Shown here piece after piece: positions 9,360-18,811 of a stretch of DNA of 64,000 nt. The notes beneath the pieces were generated by a model, which was given only the letters and a program-made list of their open reading frames with translations, searched no databases and was not told the DNA's origin. Position 1 is the first letter of the stretch; every line of letters starts with the position of its first letter. The stretch comes from a bacterium (GTDB taxonomy: Bacteria > Patescibacteriota > Microgenomatia > UBA1400 > UBA12108), in the NCBI GenBank assembly GCA_021788365.1, contig JAJYKS010000002.1, forward strand, positions 96,521 to 160,520. The letters run 5' to 3'. Made by a program: the position numbers and the translations under genes.

Positions 9360-11951
9360 ATGTTAAAGATAACATCTCTACAAATAATTCTTTCTAAATA
9401 TACCTTTCGTTTGTTTGTTTTTGTTAATCCATATATCACACCTCTAAAAATAGCAGTTGTTGCGACGGTTGCGCTGTATGTGTGCTATCAGCTATTACGA
9501 CTTTATTTCACCATCAAACAACTAAAAGAGAAAAGTATTCTCTTTGAACTTCAGCCACTAAAAAATACTGAGCAATCCTCATATACCACTCAGCAATTAT
9601 TTGCCATTTTGCATGGACTTGCCAAACAGCGATCCTTTATTAATCGATTATTTGATATACAAAAGATCTATGCTTTTGAGATCGTTTCAACAAAGAATGG
9701 AGGAATAACCTATTACACAAGAATTGGCGAAGAAGAGGCTGACTTAGTGAAGAAAACCCTTTTAGCGTATTTGCCAGGAATCAGTGTAAAAGAATCGACT
9801 GATTACTTACAGTTCCTTACCAATCAACACAAACGAATATCAAGTTATAAACTTTCTAGGCACTTTGCATGCCCACTAAAACATCAAGAAGACCTGACGC
9901 TCCATGATCCGATAGCGTATCTAACTGGAAGTATGACTAAACTTACCGAGGATGAACTTATTGCTTTTCAAGTTGTGTTATCTCCGCTTCGCAAGTCTTC
10001 ACTTCCGGCTGTTTCGCGGATTTCTCACCTTATATATTCAGGTAAAGATTTAGTTTCAAACATCGGAAACGATACAGATACAAACCCAGTTATTATTGTT
10101 TTCAAGACTCTGTTTAGAGTAGTACTTCGCGTCCTTATGCTTCCATTTGGCTTATTGGTATTTATCACCACAGACGGACGAGAAGGTCCGGTATTAAGAC
10201 TTCCTACAGATATAGCACCGCTTAAAACCCCCAATCCATATCAGATTGAGCTTGAACAACTTGTAAAACATAAACTTGATCAACAGTTATTCACTTCATC
10301 TGTAAGACTAATGGTAGCGAGCAATAATTACAGCGAACTCAGAAAAAGAGAAAGAGGTTTTCAATCTGCTCTATCTGCGCTGAATAATTCAGACTATCAA
10401 GCTCTTATTCCATCATTTAGGATCACGTTAAAGCTATTTGATCGATTAATGGAGGTTCTTTATAACCATAGATTATTGATACCGACTAAATCATTGATTC
10501 TCTCAGCTACCGAAATTTCTGATCTGTATCACTTTCCCTATACCAGTACGACCAAAACGGAGGATTTACTCAAGCAACATAGTAAAGAACTACCAGCACC
10601 ACTGTCCTTGAAACAGAAGCAGGAATGCGATTTGTACTTTGGAATAAATACCTATGGTGGCACTGAAACAAAAATAGGATTAACGACTGATGAAAGACGA
10701 CGCCATGTCTATATTCTCGGAGCAACGGGCACGGGTAAATCCACCATGCTGTTATCAATGATTAAACAGGACATAGATCATGATAAAGGATTATGTGTCG
10801 TCGATCCTCACGGTGATTTAATCGAACAGATTGTATCCGTTATTCCTCATGGTCGTATTTCTGATGTTGTGTATTTTAACCCAGATGATATTAGCTATCC
10901 GATGGGCATTAACCTCCTTGAATTGACTCCGGGGTTAAATCCGGAAGATGCTATAAGAGAAAAAGAATTTATTGCTGAAAGTATCATCTCGGTTTTCCAT
11001 AAAATTTACACCGATAAATACTCCGGCCCAAGAATGGAATATATTTTGCGCAATACGATTCACACCGCCTTTACCGTGCCGGATGTAACCTTGTTTACCG
11101 TCTACAAACTTCTGATAAATACCTCATATAGAAAAGGGGTTGTGAGAGGACTTACCGATGAAAACCTCAAGGACTTCTGGAAATATGAATTTGCAAAAGC
11201 CGGTGATTACCAGAAAGTGAAGATGATTTCTCCGATTACTAACAAAATCGGGCGCTTCCTATTTTCTCCGACTGCAAAACGAATTCTTGAACAAGGCAAG
11301 TCGACAATTAACTTTGACACAATCATGAACGAAGGTAAGATTCTGCTTTGTAATCTATCGAAAGGAAAAGTTGGCGAGGATAATTCCGAAGTCTTCGGCG
11401 TACTTATCATGGCTAAGATCCAGTTGGCCGCTTTAAAAAGAGCCAGGATGAAGCAAGAAAATAGAAAAGATTTCTACCTATACGTTGATGAGTTCCAAAA
11501 CTTTGCCACTCCTGCGTTTGCCCAGATTCTCTCAGAAGCTCGTAAGTATCGATTAGGTGCAATTCTCGCTCACCAAACCACTTCACAACTTGAAGATATC
11601 TCGCTCGTAAATATTACCCTGGCCAATACTGGTACAGTCATTTGTTTCCGTACGGCTAATCCAGAGGATGAACGGATGATCTTGCCACAATTCAGGCCAT
11701 ATATTGAACAAGGTGAAATTGCCAGTCTTCCTTCATACCATTTTTACATGAGACTTGGAGCACTTAATCCTGAAGAGCCGTTTTCAGGCGTTACTGTTCC
11801 GGTGAAGATTGAATACAGTCAAAATAGGGTGAATGAGGTTATTGAATCGTCCAGAAAATTGTATGCCAAATCCTATACTCCCGAGAAACAATCATCAGTC
11901 AAAAAACCTACGAATCAAGCTATTCAAAAGATCTATGCTACAGTGCCATAA
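9360..11951 (+). CDS. Type IV secretion coupling ATPase (VirD4/TraD-like) with a long N-terminal extension
   Basis: RRRHVYILGATGTGKS (Walker A), VVDPHGDL, LYVDEFQNF (Walker B), SEARKYRL, N-terminal TM segments. Confidence 0.88.
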   Translation: MLKITSLQIILSKYTFRLFVFVNPYITPLKIAVVATVALYVCYQLLRLYFTIKQLKEKSILFELQPLKNTEQSSYTTQQLFAILHGLAKQRSFINRLFDIQKIYAFEIVSTKNGGITYYTRIGEEEADLVKKTLLAYLPGISVKESTDYLQFLTNQHKRISSYKLSRHFACPLKHQEDLTLHDPIAYLTGSMTKLTEDELIAFQVVLSPLRKSSLPAVSRISHLIYSGKDLVSNIGNDTDTNPVIIVFKTLFRVVLRVLMLPFGLLVFITTDGREGPVLRLPTDIAPLKTPNPYQIELEQLVKHKLDQQLFTSSVRLMVASNNYSELRKRERGFQSALSALNNSDYQALIPSFRITLKLFDRLMEVLYNHRLLIPTKSLILSATEISDLYHFPYTSTTKTEDLLKQHSKELPAPLSLKQKQECDLYFGINTYGGTETKIGLTTDERRRHVYILGATGTGKSTMLLSMIKQDIDHDKGLCVVDPHGDLIEQIVSVIPHGRISDVVYFNPDDISYPMGINLLELTPGLNPEDAIREKEFIAESIISVFHKIYTDKYSGPRMEYILRNTIHTAFTVPDVTLFTVYKLLINTSYRKGVVRGLTDENLKDFWKYEFAKAGDYQKVKMISPITNKIGRFLFSPTAKRILEQGKSTINFDTIMNEGKILLCNLSKGKVGEDNSEVFGVLIMAKIQLAALKRARMKQENRKDFYLYVDEFQNFATPAFAQILSEARKYRLGAILAHQTTSQLEDISLVNITLANTGTVICFRTANPEDERMILPQFRPYIEQGEIASLPSYHFYMRLGALNPEEPFSGVTVPVKIEYSQNRVNEVIESSRKLYAKSYTPEKQSSVKKPTNQAIQKIYATVP

Positions 11952-12091
11952 CTTTACCTACCGGTAGGAAAACACTATTTTGAGATTAGCCCGATTTATA
12001 GACCTTTTTACTTTTTATTTTTACCCCTTATTCCTTATATATAAGGGAGAGGAATGATACAATCATTCCAGATTCTGCCCACAGACACACT
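11952..12091. other. Candidate oriT (palindrome cluster between the coupling protein and relaxase genes)
   Basis: CCTACCGGTAGG(11957-11968), CCTTATATATAAGG(12033-12046), GGAATGAT-ACA-ATCATTCC(12051-12069). Confidence 0.35.
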
Positions 12092-12865
12092 ATGGACAAT
12101 CAAAAACTAACTACCACACAATTAAACATTCTTCACTATATCTATCGCTTTCGCTTCTTAACCAGTCTACAACTTCAAAAACTTCTTACTCACAAAAATA
12201 TCCGCCTGACTAACTACTACCTACAATTACTCACTGCAAAAAATTACATCGGCAAACACTATACTCGGTCACTCAGTCTAGCTAATATACCCGCGGTCTA
12301 TTTTCTTACCTCAGGAAGTATTCAAGTGTTAGAGAATACCGACGGAATCGAAAAACGAGCATTGAATCGGATCTATCGAGAAAAAATCCGCTCTCAACAA
12401 TTTATATCCCATACATCATTTTTAGCGGAGTACTATCTATTTCTGAGAAGTGAATCTGAAAAATCAAAGCACACACTCGATTTTTTCACGAAAACCGATC
12501 TTTTAGCACATCCCTACATAATCCATCCATTACCCGATGGTTATTTTGCGAGGGTCGATAACGTAGGCAACACTAAGCGATATTTTGTTGAAGTTATCGA
12601 GGATAGTTCACCTCGGTTTGCCTTACGTAAAAGAGTTCAGGCGTATTGTGATTATATTGATGAAGGAAAATTTGAGAGGGCCACAAGCCATCCGTTTCCG
12701 GTGATCCTCTTTATATGTCCGGGTATAGCGAGCCTTATATACCTAAAGAAACACATATCACGAATGTATGAAGAAATATCATTTGACCAAGTTGATATTT
12801 ATATCGCCACCCGTGAGGGTGCGTTTTCCGGAAAATGGGAAAAGGTGGAAGCAGAAGATGACTAA
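12092..12865 (+). CDS. Replication-relaxation (Replic_Relax) family protein, putative relaxase
   Basis: N-terminal winged helix (IYRFRFLTSLQL, VYFLT), an H-containing segment (ISHT), PD-(D/E)xK-like PDGYF..YFVEV. Directly after the coupling protein. Confidence 0.75.
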   Translation: MDNQKLTTTQLNILHYIYRFRFLTSLQLQKLLTHKNIRLTNYYLQLLTAKNYIGKHYTRSLSLANIPAVYFLTSGSIQVLENTDGIEKRALNRIYREKIRSQQFISHTSFLAEYYLFLRSESEKSKHTLDFFTKTDLLAHPYIIHPLPDGYFARVDNVGNTKRYFVEVIEDSSPRFALRKRVQAYCDYIDEGKFERATSHPFPVILFICPGIASLIYLKKHISRMYEEISFDQVDIYIATREGAFSGKWEKVEAEDD

Positions 12866-13360
12866 TTACGGCATGAAAAAGTAGTTATATTCATCAAACG
12901 GAAAGTGTCCGGCCGGTTTGTTCAAGAGTAGATCAGCCAATTCCCAGGCGGTCATATTTTCTGAAATTCTGTACTCTGCGTTTGTGTCGATTGAGCCGTT
13001 ACCGATCTTGATTGCTTTGTCGCTTGGCGTGGAGTCTTTAGTGTGTTCTAGAGCCAACTTGAATGCTTTTTCATCCCGTATAAAACCATAATAAAAAAGA
13101 TTACCTATAAGAGCGTTAAGGGTAACGTCTTTGTTTATTCGTAAATCTACCGTTCCGTCCACTCCTGGCCTCGATCTGATTTTTTCAGCCTCAGCTACAG
13201 GCATATGGAGGCGTTCAATAAAATAATCTTCTACTTTCTTAGCTGATTTCCAGTCTTTCCCTGGAGCCTTAAAATTTTCTACGTTTGGTTTAGTAATTAA
13301 AGAATAACCACCTAATACTAACAATAAAAACACGACCAATATACTGATTTTCCTGATCAT
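12866..13360 (-). CDS. Membrane-anchored protein resembling the N-terminal part of MltG/YceG
   Basis: N-terminal TM, LFYYGFIRDEKAF and YRISENMTAWELADLL. No catalytic domain. Confidence 0.5.
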   Translation of the reverse strand: MIRKISILVVFLLLVLGGYSLITKPNVENFKAPGKDWKSAKKVEDYFIERLHMPVAEAEKIRSRPGVDGTVDLRINKDVTLNALIGNLFYYGFIRDEKAFKLALEHTKDSTPSDKAIKIGNGSIDTNAEYRISENMTAWELADLLLNKPAGHFPFDEYNYFFMP

Positions 13361-13383
13361 GCCCTTATTATAGACCTTCTAAG

Positions 13384-13585
13384 CTAGACGCTTTCTTTTC
13401 GGCCGAGAAACCTATTCAGCTCCCTACGTCCTTCTTCTGTTTGACGAAACTCATAAAACAACTTAGCGCCTTTATCTGTTAAAAATGACACATATACAGG
13501 TAAATCATTGAGTGACATTTTTCTAAATTCCTGCAACCGTCATATCGACGGTGTAACTTTTAAAAACTGGTAGTATTCTGATCAT
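13384..13585 (-). pseudogene. Frameshifted small gene downstream of DUF2958
   Basis: Three frames join into MIRILPVFKK/YTVDM/RLQEFRKMSLNDLPVYVSFLTDKGAKLFYEFRQTEEGRRELNRFLGRKESV*. An SD-like AAAGGA lies upstream. Confidence 0.4.
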
Positions 13586-13643
13586 ATTTTTATTCCTTTC
13601 TAATCCCATCCGCTGGATTGCTAGGCCAGCGAATGGGTAACTT

Positions 13644-13958
13644 TTATAATTTGGCACTTGGTACAACCTCACTGATCCGCTTTTCATCAAAATACAAATC
13701 ACGCTCTATCCCTAGACCGAATTGTCCGCGGTAGCTTTCGAGCTCTGCCAGTGAAAATGAACCCCATTCGTCATTCCAATCCCCAAAGATTGAAACGTAT
13801 CCGAAAAATTCCTTTGACACTGGATCATATTCGGTGGCGTACCATGTACCCGCTCCGGCTGGGTTGAAAAACTTCGCCACTACAACGGGGTCTTTGCTGT
13901 CCTCTTGTCTTCCAATCTTCGCGAACCTCATTAGTAGCTCGTTGGTTAATAGCTTCAT
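13644..13958 (-). CDS. DUF2958 family protein
   Basis: VVAKFFNPAGAGTWYATE..FFGYV..EWGSFSLAEL..GLGIERDLYF. Strong SD AAGGAGGTGA. Confidence 0.85.
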   Translation of the reverse strand: MKLLTNELLMRFAKIGRQEDSKDPVVVAKFFNPAGAGTWYATEYDPVSKEFFGYVSIFGDWNDEWGSFSLAELESYRGQFGLGIERDLYFDEKRISEVVPSAKL

Positions 13959-14005
13959 ATGTTGTCACCTCCTTTTTTTTGGGTTTTCCCTGATAATTTA
14001 TTTTT

Positions 14006-14143
14006 GGGAAGCATGCCCATGCTTCCCATACCAGGGGAACCCTCAAGCGAGGTGAAATTTTGCAAGGGCAATCCCGCCATAGGCGGGAGCAGTTTATTGA
14101 AGGCGAAGCCGGAAACCCTTGCAAAATGAGGGGCAAGACCCCT
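14006..14143. other. Multi-hairpin structured element, copy 1 (ssDNA promoter/origin or RNA leader)
   Basis: GGGAAGCATG-CC-CATGCTTCCC, ATTTTGCAAGGG...CCCTTGCAAAAT, TCCCGCC-ATA-GGCGGGA, GGC-GAA-GCC, AGGGG-CAAGA-CCCCT. Homologous to 24032-24156. Confidence 0.7.
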
Positions 14144-14181
14144 AGAGACTCGATAAATATCTGAAAAACATATTTAATTGC

Positions 14182-14229
14182 TTGACTCACAGAACAGTAT
14201 GGGAGTAATATATGAATATAGATTCATAT
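14182..14229 (+). promoter_or_regulatory. ars promoter with ArsR-type inverted-repeat operator
   Basis: TTGACT(14182) and ATATGAAT-ATAG-ATTCATAT(14210-14229) immediately before the arsR ATG. Confidence 0.7.
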
Positions 14230-14233
14230 TACT

Positions 14234-14590
14234 ATGTCAGACACAAATCCAGTGCGTTTACAGAAACTTTTAAAGCTTATTTCCAATGAGAATAAGTTCA
14301 ACATTATCCAACTTCTTTCCAAAGGAGAGGTTTGTGTGTGTGATATCGGCGAGAAACTAGGCATCGAGCAGTCATTAGTTTCTCACCATTTAAATTCGCT
14401 TCGAAAAGCCGGACTTATTAACGATCGCAAACTTGGAACTTGGATACACTGCTCATTAAACAGAAATGCGTTCGCAGACTTAATGTCCCTGTTTTATATG
14501 CACTTAAGTCAGGATGCGATATCGGAAAAAATGTGTTGCGTACACGATGAATGTAAATGTTTACGTAAAGGAGCAAAAAATGAAAAATAA
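14234..14590 (+). CDS. arsR: ArsR/SmtB-family As(III)-responsive repressor
   Basis: GEVCVCDI..QSLVSHHL..LRKAGLI, C-terminal CC..C.C. First gene of the ars operon. Confidence 0.9.
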   Translation: MSDTNPVRLQKLLKLISNENKFNIIQLLSKGEVCVCDIGEKLGIEQSLVSHHLNSLRKAGLINDRKLGTWIHCSLNRNAFADLMSLFYMHLSQDAISEKMCCVHDECKCLRKGAKNEK

Positions 14591-14894
14591 AATCATTATT
14601 TACGATCCACCTATGTGTTGTTCTTCAGGGGTTTGTGGACCTAATCCAAATAGAACCTTGCTTGATTTTCAAGACACCTTCAAACATTTAGTCCAAAATG
14701 GGGAATTGATTGAACGCTACATCATTACCCAAAGTCCAGAGAAATTTAAGGAAAATCCGAAAATTATTAAGCTAATCCAAGACCAAAAGTTAAAAGTTCT
14801 TCCTATTACTACAGTCAATGGAGACGTAGTAAAAACCGGATCGTATCCAACTAAAGAAGAACTTGAAAGTTATTTAGTAATTAGAAAAGCATAA
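14580..14894 (+). CDS. arsD: Arsenite metallochaperone
   Basis: IYDPPMCCSSGVCGP and LPITTVNG..KTGSYPT. Start placed at ATG 14580. Confidence 0.92.
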   Translation: MKNKIIIYDPPMCCSSGVCGPNPNRTLLDFQDTFKHLVQNGELIERYIITQSPEKFKENPKIIKLIQDQKLKVLPITTVNGDVVKTGSYPTKEELESYLVIRKA

Positions 14895-14897
14895 AGC

Positions 14898-16748
14898 ATG
14901 AATACAAAATTCTTATTTTTCTCAGGTAAAGGCGGGGTGGGTAAAACAACCATGTCTTGTGCCACTGCCATTCATTATGCCAATGAAGGTAAAAAGACAT
15001 TAATTATTACCACTGACCCGGCTTCGAATCTTGCGGATGTATTTGAACAAACAATTGGCCATAAAATTACTCCCATCAAAACAATCTGGAACCTTTCAGC
15101 TATGGAGCTCGATCCGGATAAGGCTACAGCAGAGTATAAAGAACGGACGTTATCCCCTTTGCGAGGACTTATCCCAGAAGAAAGTTTTGCCGTTCTTGAA
15201 GAACAATTAAACTCACCGTGTACCGCAGAAATGGCCTCTTTTGACCGCTTTACTGATTTTGTGCAGGATGGTCAGTTTGATATTGTCATTTTTGATACCG
15301 CTCCGACCGGTCATACATTGCGTTTACTTGAGTTGCCGGTGGAATGGAGTGGGGTGATTGAAAAAGCAGCTAATGATAGTAGCGGTGGACAAACCTGTAT
15401 TGGTCCTGCGGCAGCGTTGGCAGCCTCCAAAGCCAAGTTTGATCGAGCTATCACTGTCATGCGAGATCCCAGAATTACAACTTTTCTATTCGTTCTGCGC
15501 CCCGAATCAACACCAATCTATGAAGCTGAGCGCTCTATTTCCGAGCTGAATAAGTTAGATATTCACTCGTTGGAGATCATCGTCAACGGAGTCTATCCAG
15601 CAGAAGCTTGTGACAATCCCTTCATGACTGCGCGGTTTATGAAACAACAGGAGTTTTTAAAGGCAATTAACCAGAAGTTTTCGGTTCCCGCTCGAATCGT
15701 TGAATTAGGCTCCGAAGAAATCAAAGGAGTTGAACGTCTAGCTTCAATTGCCGTCAAACTCTTTGATAATCCAACAGAACTGATAGATTATCAATACAAA
15801 AATCTGGAGGTGAAAGAATCGTCTGCAACTCATGGTTATGTTTTACCCAACGAAAACATAAAGAAATTGCTCACCCCCTTAAATGAGAAGAAACGGGTGA
15901 TCTTTTTTGCCGGTAAAGGCGGTGTGGGTAAGACCTCGATTTCCGCCGCTACCGCTCTCTGGGTGGCCCAAGCCGGATACAAGACATTATTGTTAACCAC
16001 TGATCCAGCCTCTCACTTAAAACAGATTTTTGATCAAGAAGTCACTGACAAACCTACTCTGGTGAACGGAGAGAAAAATTTATGGTTTACACATATTGAC
16101 GCTAAAAAAGCGGTAGAAGAATACAAGGAGAAAATTCTCTCTGAGGCTCGAACTAAATATGATAAAGATCGCGTCACTGCTATTGAAGAGGAGCTAAACT
16201 CACCCTGTACCGAAGAAATGGCCACCTTTGAAAAATTTATTGAGTTTGTCGCCCGAAAAGACTTTGAGGTAATTGTATTTGACACGGCTCCCACTGGTCA
16301 TACGTTACGATTGCTCGAATTACCCGTGGACTGGAACAGGCAATTGGAAATTAAAACTTTTACCACAACAGGTGAAACCGATGTCGATAAGATAACTAAG
16401 TCTAAATTTAAGGAAGTGATTGATCTGCTTCAGGATCCAGATCAGACTACATTTAGTTTTGTTATGTATCCGGAAGCAACACCAATTGAAGAAGCATCTA
16501 GGGCGATTAAGGAACTCTTAACCATCAGCGTCCCTACTAGTCTGATTGCGGCTAACTTAATTCTTTCCGAAACTATTGTTACCAATGAGTATTTACGGCA
16601 ACGAAAGGCCATGCAGGAGAAATATCTAGCTGTAATGGCTAAACGCTTTACAGCCCCCATCGTTACTCTCCCACTCCTAAAAGAAGATTTAATGGGCAAA
16701 GATCGATTGCGTGAAGCTGGTTATCTATTGTATGGAAAATTAAACTAA
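14898..16748 (+). CDS. arsA: Arsenite-stimulated ATPase (two nucleotide-binding domains)
   Basis: GKGGVGKT twice, TDPAS twice, DTAPTGH twice, and three metalloid-binding Cys segments (SPCTAE, QTCIGP, SPCTEE). Confidence 0.93.
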   Translation: MNTKFLFFSGKGGVGKTTMSCATAIHYANEGKKTLIITTDPASNLADVFEQTIGHKITPIKTIWNLSAMELDPDKATAEYKERTLSPLRGLIPEESFAVLEEQLNSPCTAEMASFDRFTDFVQDGQFDIVIFDTAPTGHTLRLLELPVEWSGVIEKAANDSSGGQTCIGPAAALAASKAKFDRAITVMRDPRITTFLFVLRPESTPIYEAERSISELNKLDIHSLEIIVNGVYPAEACDNPFMTARFMKQQEFLKAINQKFSVPARIVELGSEEIKGVERLASIAVKLFDNPTELIDYQYKNLEVKESSATHGYVLPNENIKKLLTPLNEKKRVIFFAGKGGVGKTSISAATALWVAQAGYKTLLLTTDPASHLKQIFDQEVTDKPTLVNGEKNLWFTHIDAKKAVEEYKEKILSEARTKYDKDRVTAIEEELNSPCTEEMATFEKFIEFVARKDFEVIVFDTAPTGHTLRLLELPVDWNRQLEIKTFTTTGETDVDKITKSKFKEVIDLLQDPDQTTFSFVMYPEATPIEEASRAIKELLTISVPTSLIAANLILSETIVTNEYLRQRKAMQEKYLAVMAKRFTAPIVTLPLLKEDLMGKDRLREAGYLLYGKLN

Positions 16749-16753
16749 AACGT

Positions 16754-17116
16754 ATGAACGACCAACTTTTACAACTTGTCCGTGGTTTTTCTCAAGAATT
16801 GGTAAATGAAATACCTGAATTTCAGGAACTCATTCAAGCGAAACAGGCACTCGATAGAGATCCGGTGTCACAACGATTATGGCAAGAAAAGGAAGAGCAA
16901 CGACAAACTGTAGACTTACTAAAAAAACAAGGTTTACCAGTATCAACCGAACAGGAGCAGAGATTGTTTCAAAAACTCCAAGAGATGCGGGAGAACCCTA
17001 TCACGATGCGATATCTTAAGGCTATCAATTTTGCTAATAAAATATCAGGCAAAATCGGCGCCGAATTATTTGATTTTATCGGGGTTGACTTTGCCCCAAG
17101 AAAGGGGTGTGCATAA
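16754..17116 (+). CDS. YlbF/YmcA-like helical protein 1 (ends KGCA)
   Basis: Pattern L..EIPEFQEL..AKQAL..D....L..E..Q..NP...RYL.A resembles Com_YlbF. Confidence 0.65.
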   Translation: MNDQLLQLVRGFSQELVNEIPEFQELIQAKQALDRDPVSQRLWQEKEEQRQTVDLLKKQGLPVSTEQEQRLFQKLQEMRENPITMRYLKAINFANKISGKIGAELFDFIGVDFAPRKGCA

Positions 17117-17484
17117 TGTCAAAACAAATCTATTCTAAAACAAAAGACTACATTCAATCCTTACTGGATACTGATGAAGTGAAAGCCTATACCAAAGCGG
17201 TTGATGATTTTCAAAACGATATCGAGGCTAAAAAACTACTGAAAGATTTGCAGGAATCACAACAAACGCTTGCTGTATTTCGACAGGGTGGATTTACAGG
17301 TGTAGAAGAACAGGAGCGTAAAGTGAAGCTTTTGCGGAATAAAGTTTCTAAAGATAAAAAAGTTCAAATCTTAATAAGATCACAACAAGAGTTACAAGAT
17401 TTAGTGGGTGCATTGGCGGGAGAAATCAGTCAAGCAATTAATTTCCCATTTGCCCAACCACAACGAGGAGGGTGCTGCGGCTAA
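17116..17484 (+). CDS. YlbF/YmcA-like helical protein 2 (ends GGCCG)
   Basis: LLDTDEVKAY..A..F..D.EAKKLL.DLQ..QQ..SQQEL..L..EISQAI. Its start overlaps the previous stop (TAATG). Confidence 0.7.
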   Translation: MSKQIYSKTKDYIQSLLDTDEVKAYTKAVDDFQNDIEAKKLLKDLQESQQTLAVFRQGGFTGVEEQERKVKLLRNKVSKDKKVQILIRSQQELQDLVGALAGEISQAINFPFAQPQRGGCCG

Positions 17485-17487
17485 ACT

Positions 17488-18228
17488 ATGAAAAACATTA
17501 AGCAAATAGTCAAAGAAAATTATTGCCAAATCGCCAAGCAAAATAGTTCGTGCTGCGGTGGTGGTTCATGCTGTAATGGTAGTTTGCCAGATTTAAGCAA
17601 AATTATCGGGTATACCGACGAACAGATAACTGAAGTACCGGATGGCGCCAATCTCGGTTTGGGTTGTGGTAACCCACTCGCTTTAGCAACATTGAAACCA
17701 GGAGAAACGGTATTGGATTTGGGCTCAGGAGCTGGCTTTGACGTATTTCTAGCATCTCGGAAAGTAGGATCCAGCGGTAAGGTTATTGGTGTGGATATGA
17801 CTGAAGAAATGATTAAAAAAGCCAGGAAGAATGCTATTACCGGTAAATTTACAAACGTTGAGTTTAAACTGGGAGATATTGAAAATTTACCCGTAGAAAG
17901 TTCAACCATTGATGCAATTATTTCCAATTGTGTCATTAATTTAGCACCGAATAAGAATAAGGTTTTTGCTGAAGCTTACCGAGTACTAAAGCCCGGTGGC
18001 AGATTGATGATCTCCGATGTAGTGTTATCAAAGGAACTACCAGAGAATCTAAAAGGTGACGAAGCACTGCTAACTGGTTGCGTTAGTGGAGCCATTCTAA
18101 AAGAAGACTATTTGCAAATGATAAAGGAAGCTGGATTTAAAGAAGTCAAAATTACCAAGGAAGTGCCGATGTTCATGGAAGCGTATGCACTAAGCATTTC
18201 ATTTACTGCAAAGAAAGTTAATAAATAA
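17488..18228 (+). CDS. arsM: Arsenite S-adenosylmethionine methyltransferase
   Basis: N-terminal [41 protein letters not shown]. Confidence 0.95.
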   Translation: MKNIKQIVKENYCQIAKQNSSCCGGGSCCNGSLPDLSKIIGYTDEQITEVPDGANLGLGCGNPLALATLKPGETVLDLGSGAGFDVFLASRKVGSSGKVIGVDMTEEMIKKARKNAITGKFTNVEFKLGDIENLPVESSTIDAIISNCVINLAPNKNKVFAEAYRVLKPGGRLMISDVVLSKELPENLKGDEALLTGCVSGAILKEDYLQMIKEAGFKEVKITKEVPMFMEAYALSISFTAKKVNK

Positions 18229-18373
18229 TGAGTAACAAATTATGATAAATATATTTTATTGTCAAAAATGCAAAAGGAAAATGATGATTTCAATAAATAT
18301 GCTGAAGAGTTACAAAATAGAGGTGGCGGATGTTATGTCGATAGAGTGTGCCACGGCTAAACTATGAAAAACA
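18228..18373 (+). pseudogene. Deleted remnant of a second ylbF2-arsM junction
   Basis: 20-bp identity CGGCTAAACTATGAAAAACA at 17478-17497 and 18354-18373. Shared patches TGATGATTT and AAGAGTTACAA. Confidence 0.55.
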
Positions 18374-18389
18374 CAAATACTTTTATTTG

Positions 18390-18448
18390 TTGACATTTAC
18401 AATTGTTTTTTATAGCATTAACATATGTCTTCATCAAAAAAAGTTGAT
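18390..18448 (+). promoter_or_regulatory. Promoter and ArsR-type operator
   Basis: TTGACA(18390)-17-TAGCAT(18413) and ATCAA-N6-TTGAT(18433-18448). Confidence 0.55.
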
Positions 18449-18811
18449 TTAGTGAGTATGGCAGATTCGGCCTGTCAAACGGAAATTCCTCGATATAGAA
18501 AGAATGGAACACCTTTCCTGTCAAATTCTATGCTCATCAATTTTTCAACTTTTGCCCATGCACTTAGCGATAGTATCCGACTTCAAATGCTCTTTTTGTT
18601 GACACAATATCCTGACCTATGTACCTGTGAATTCGAGGAGCTTTTATCTATAAGTCAATCGAAAGTGTCTTATCACCTCAAGATACTCACTGATGCTCAA
18701 CTTGTTTCACGAAAAACGCAAGGAACATGGAGTCACTTTAGTCTTATTCGGAAAGATATTTTTAATGAGCTTCAACCCTTTACTAAATTTAAGAAAAAAA
18801 ACCAATCATAA
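18425..18811 (+). CDS. ArsR/SmtB-family regulator (start may be 18458)
   Basis: ALSDSIRL..DLCTCEF..SQSKVSYHLKIL..GTWSHF. Confidence 0.85.
   Translation: MSSSKKVDLVSMADSACQTEIPRYRKNGTPFLSNSMLINFSTFAHALSDSIRLQMLFLLTQYPDLCTCEFEELLSISQSKVSYHLKILTDAQLVSRKTQGTWSHFSLIRKDIFNELQPFTKFKKKNQS

Noticed and set aside
13825-14190. 121-aa minus-strand ORF across the structured element
   Set aside because: It overlaps DUF2958 out of frame, and the second copy of the element has indels that break the frame, so conservation is structural and not coding.
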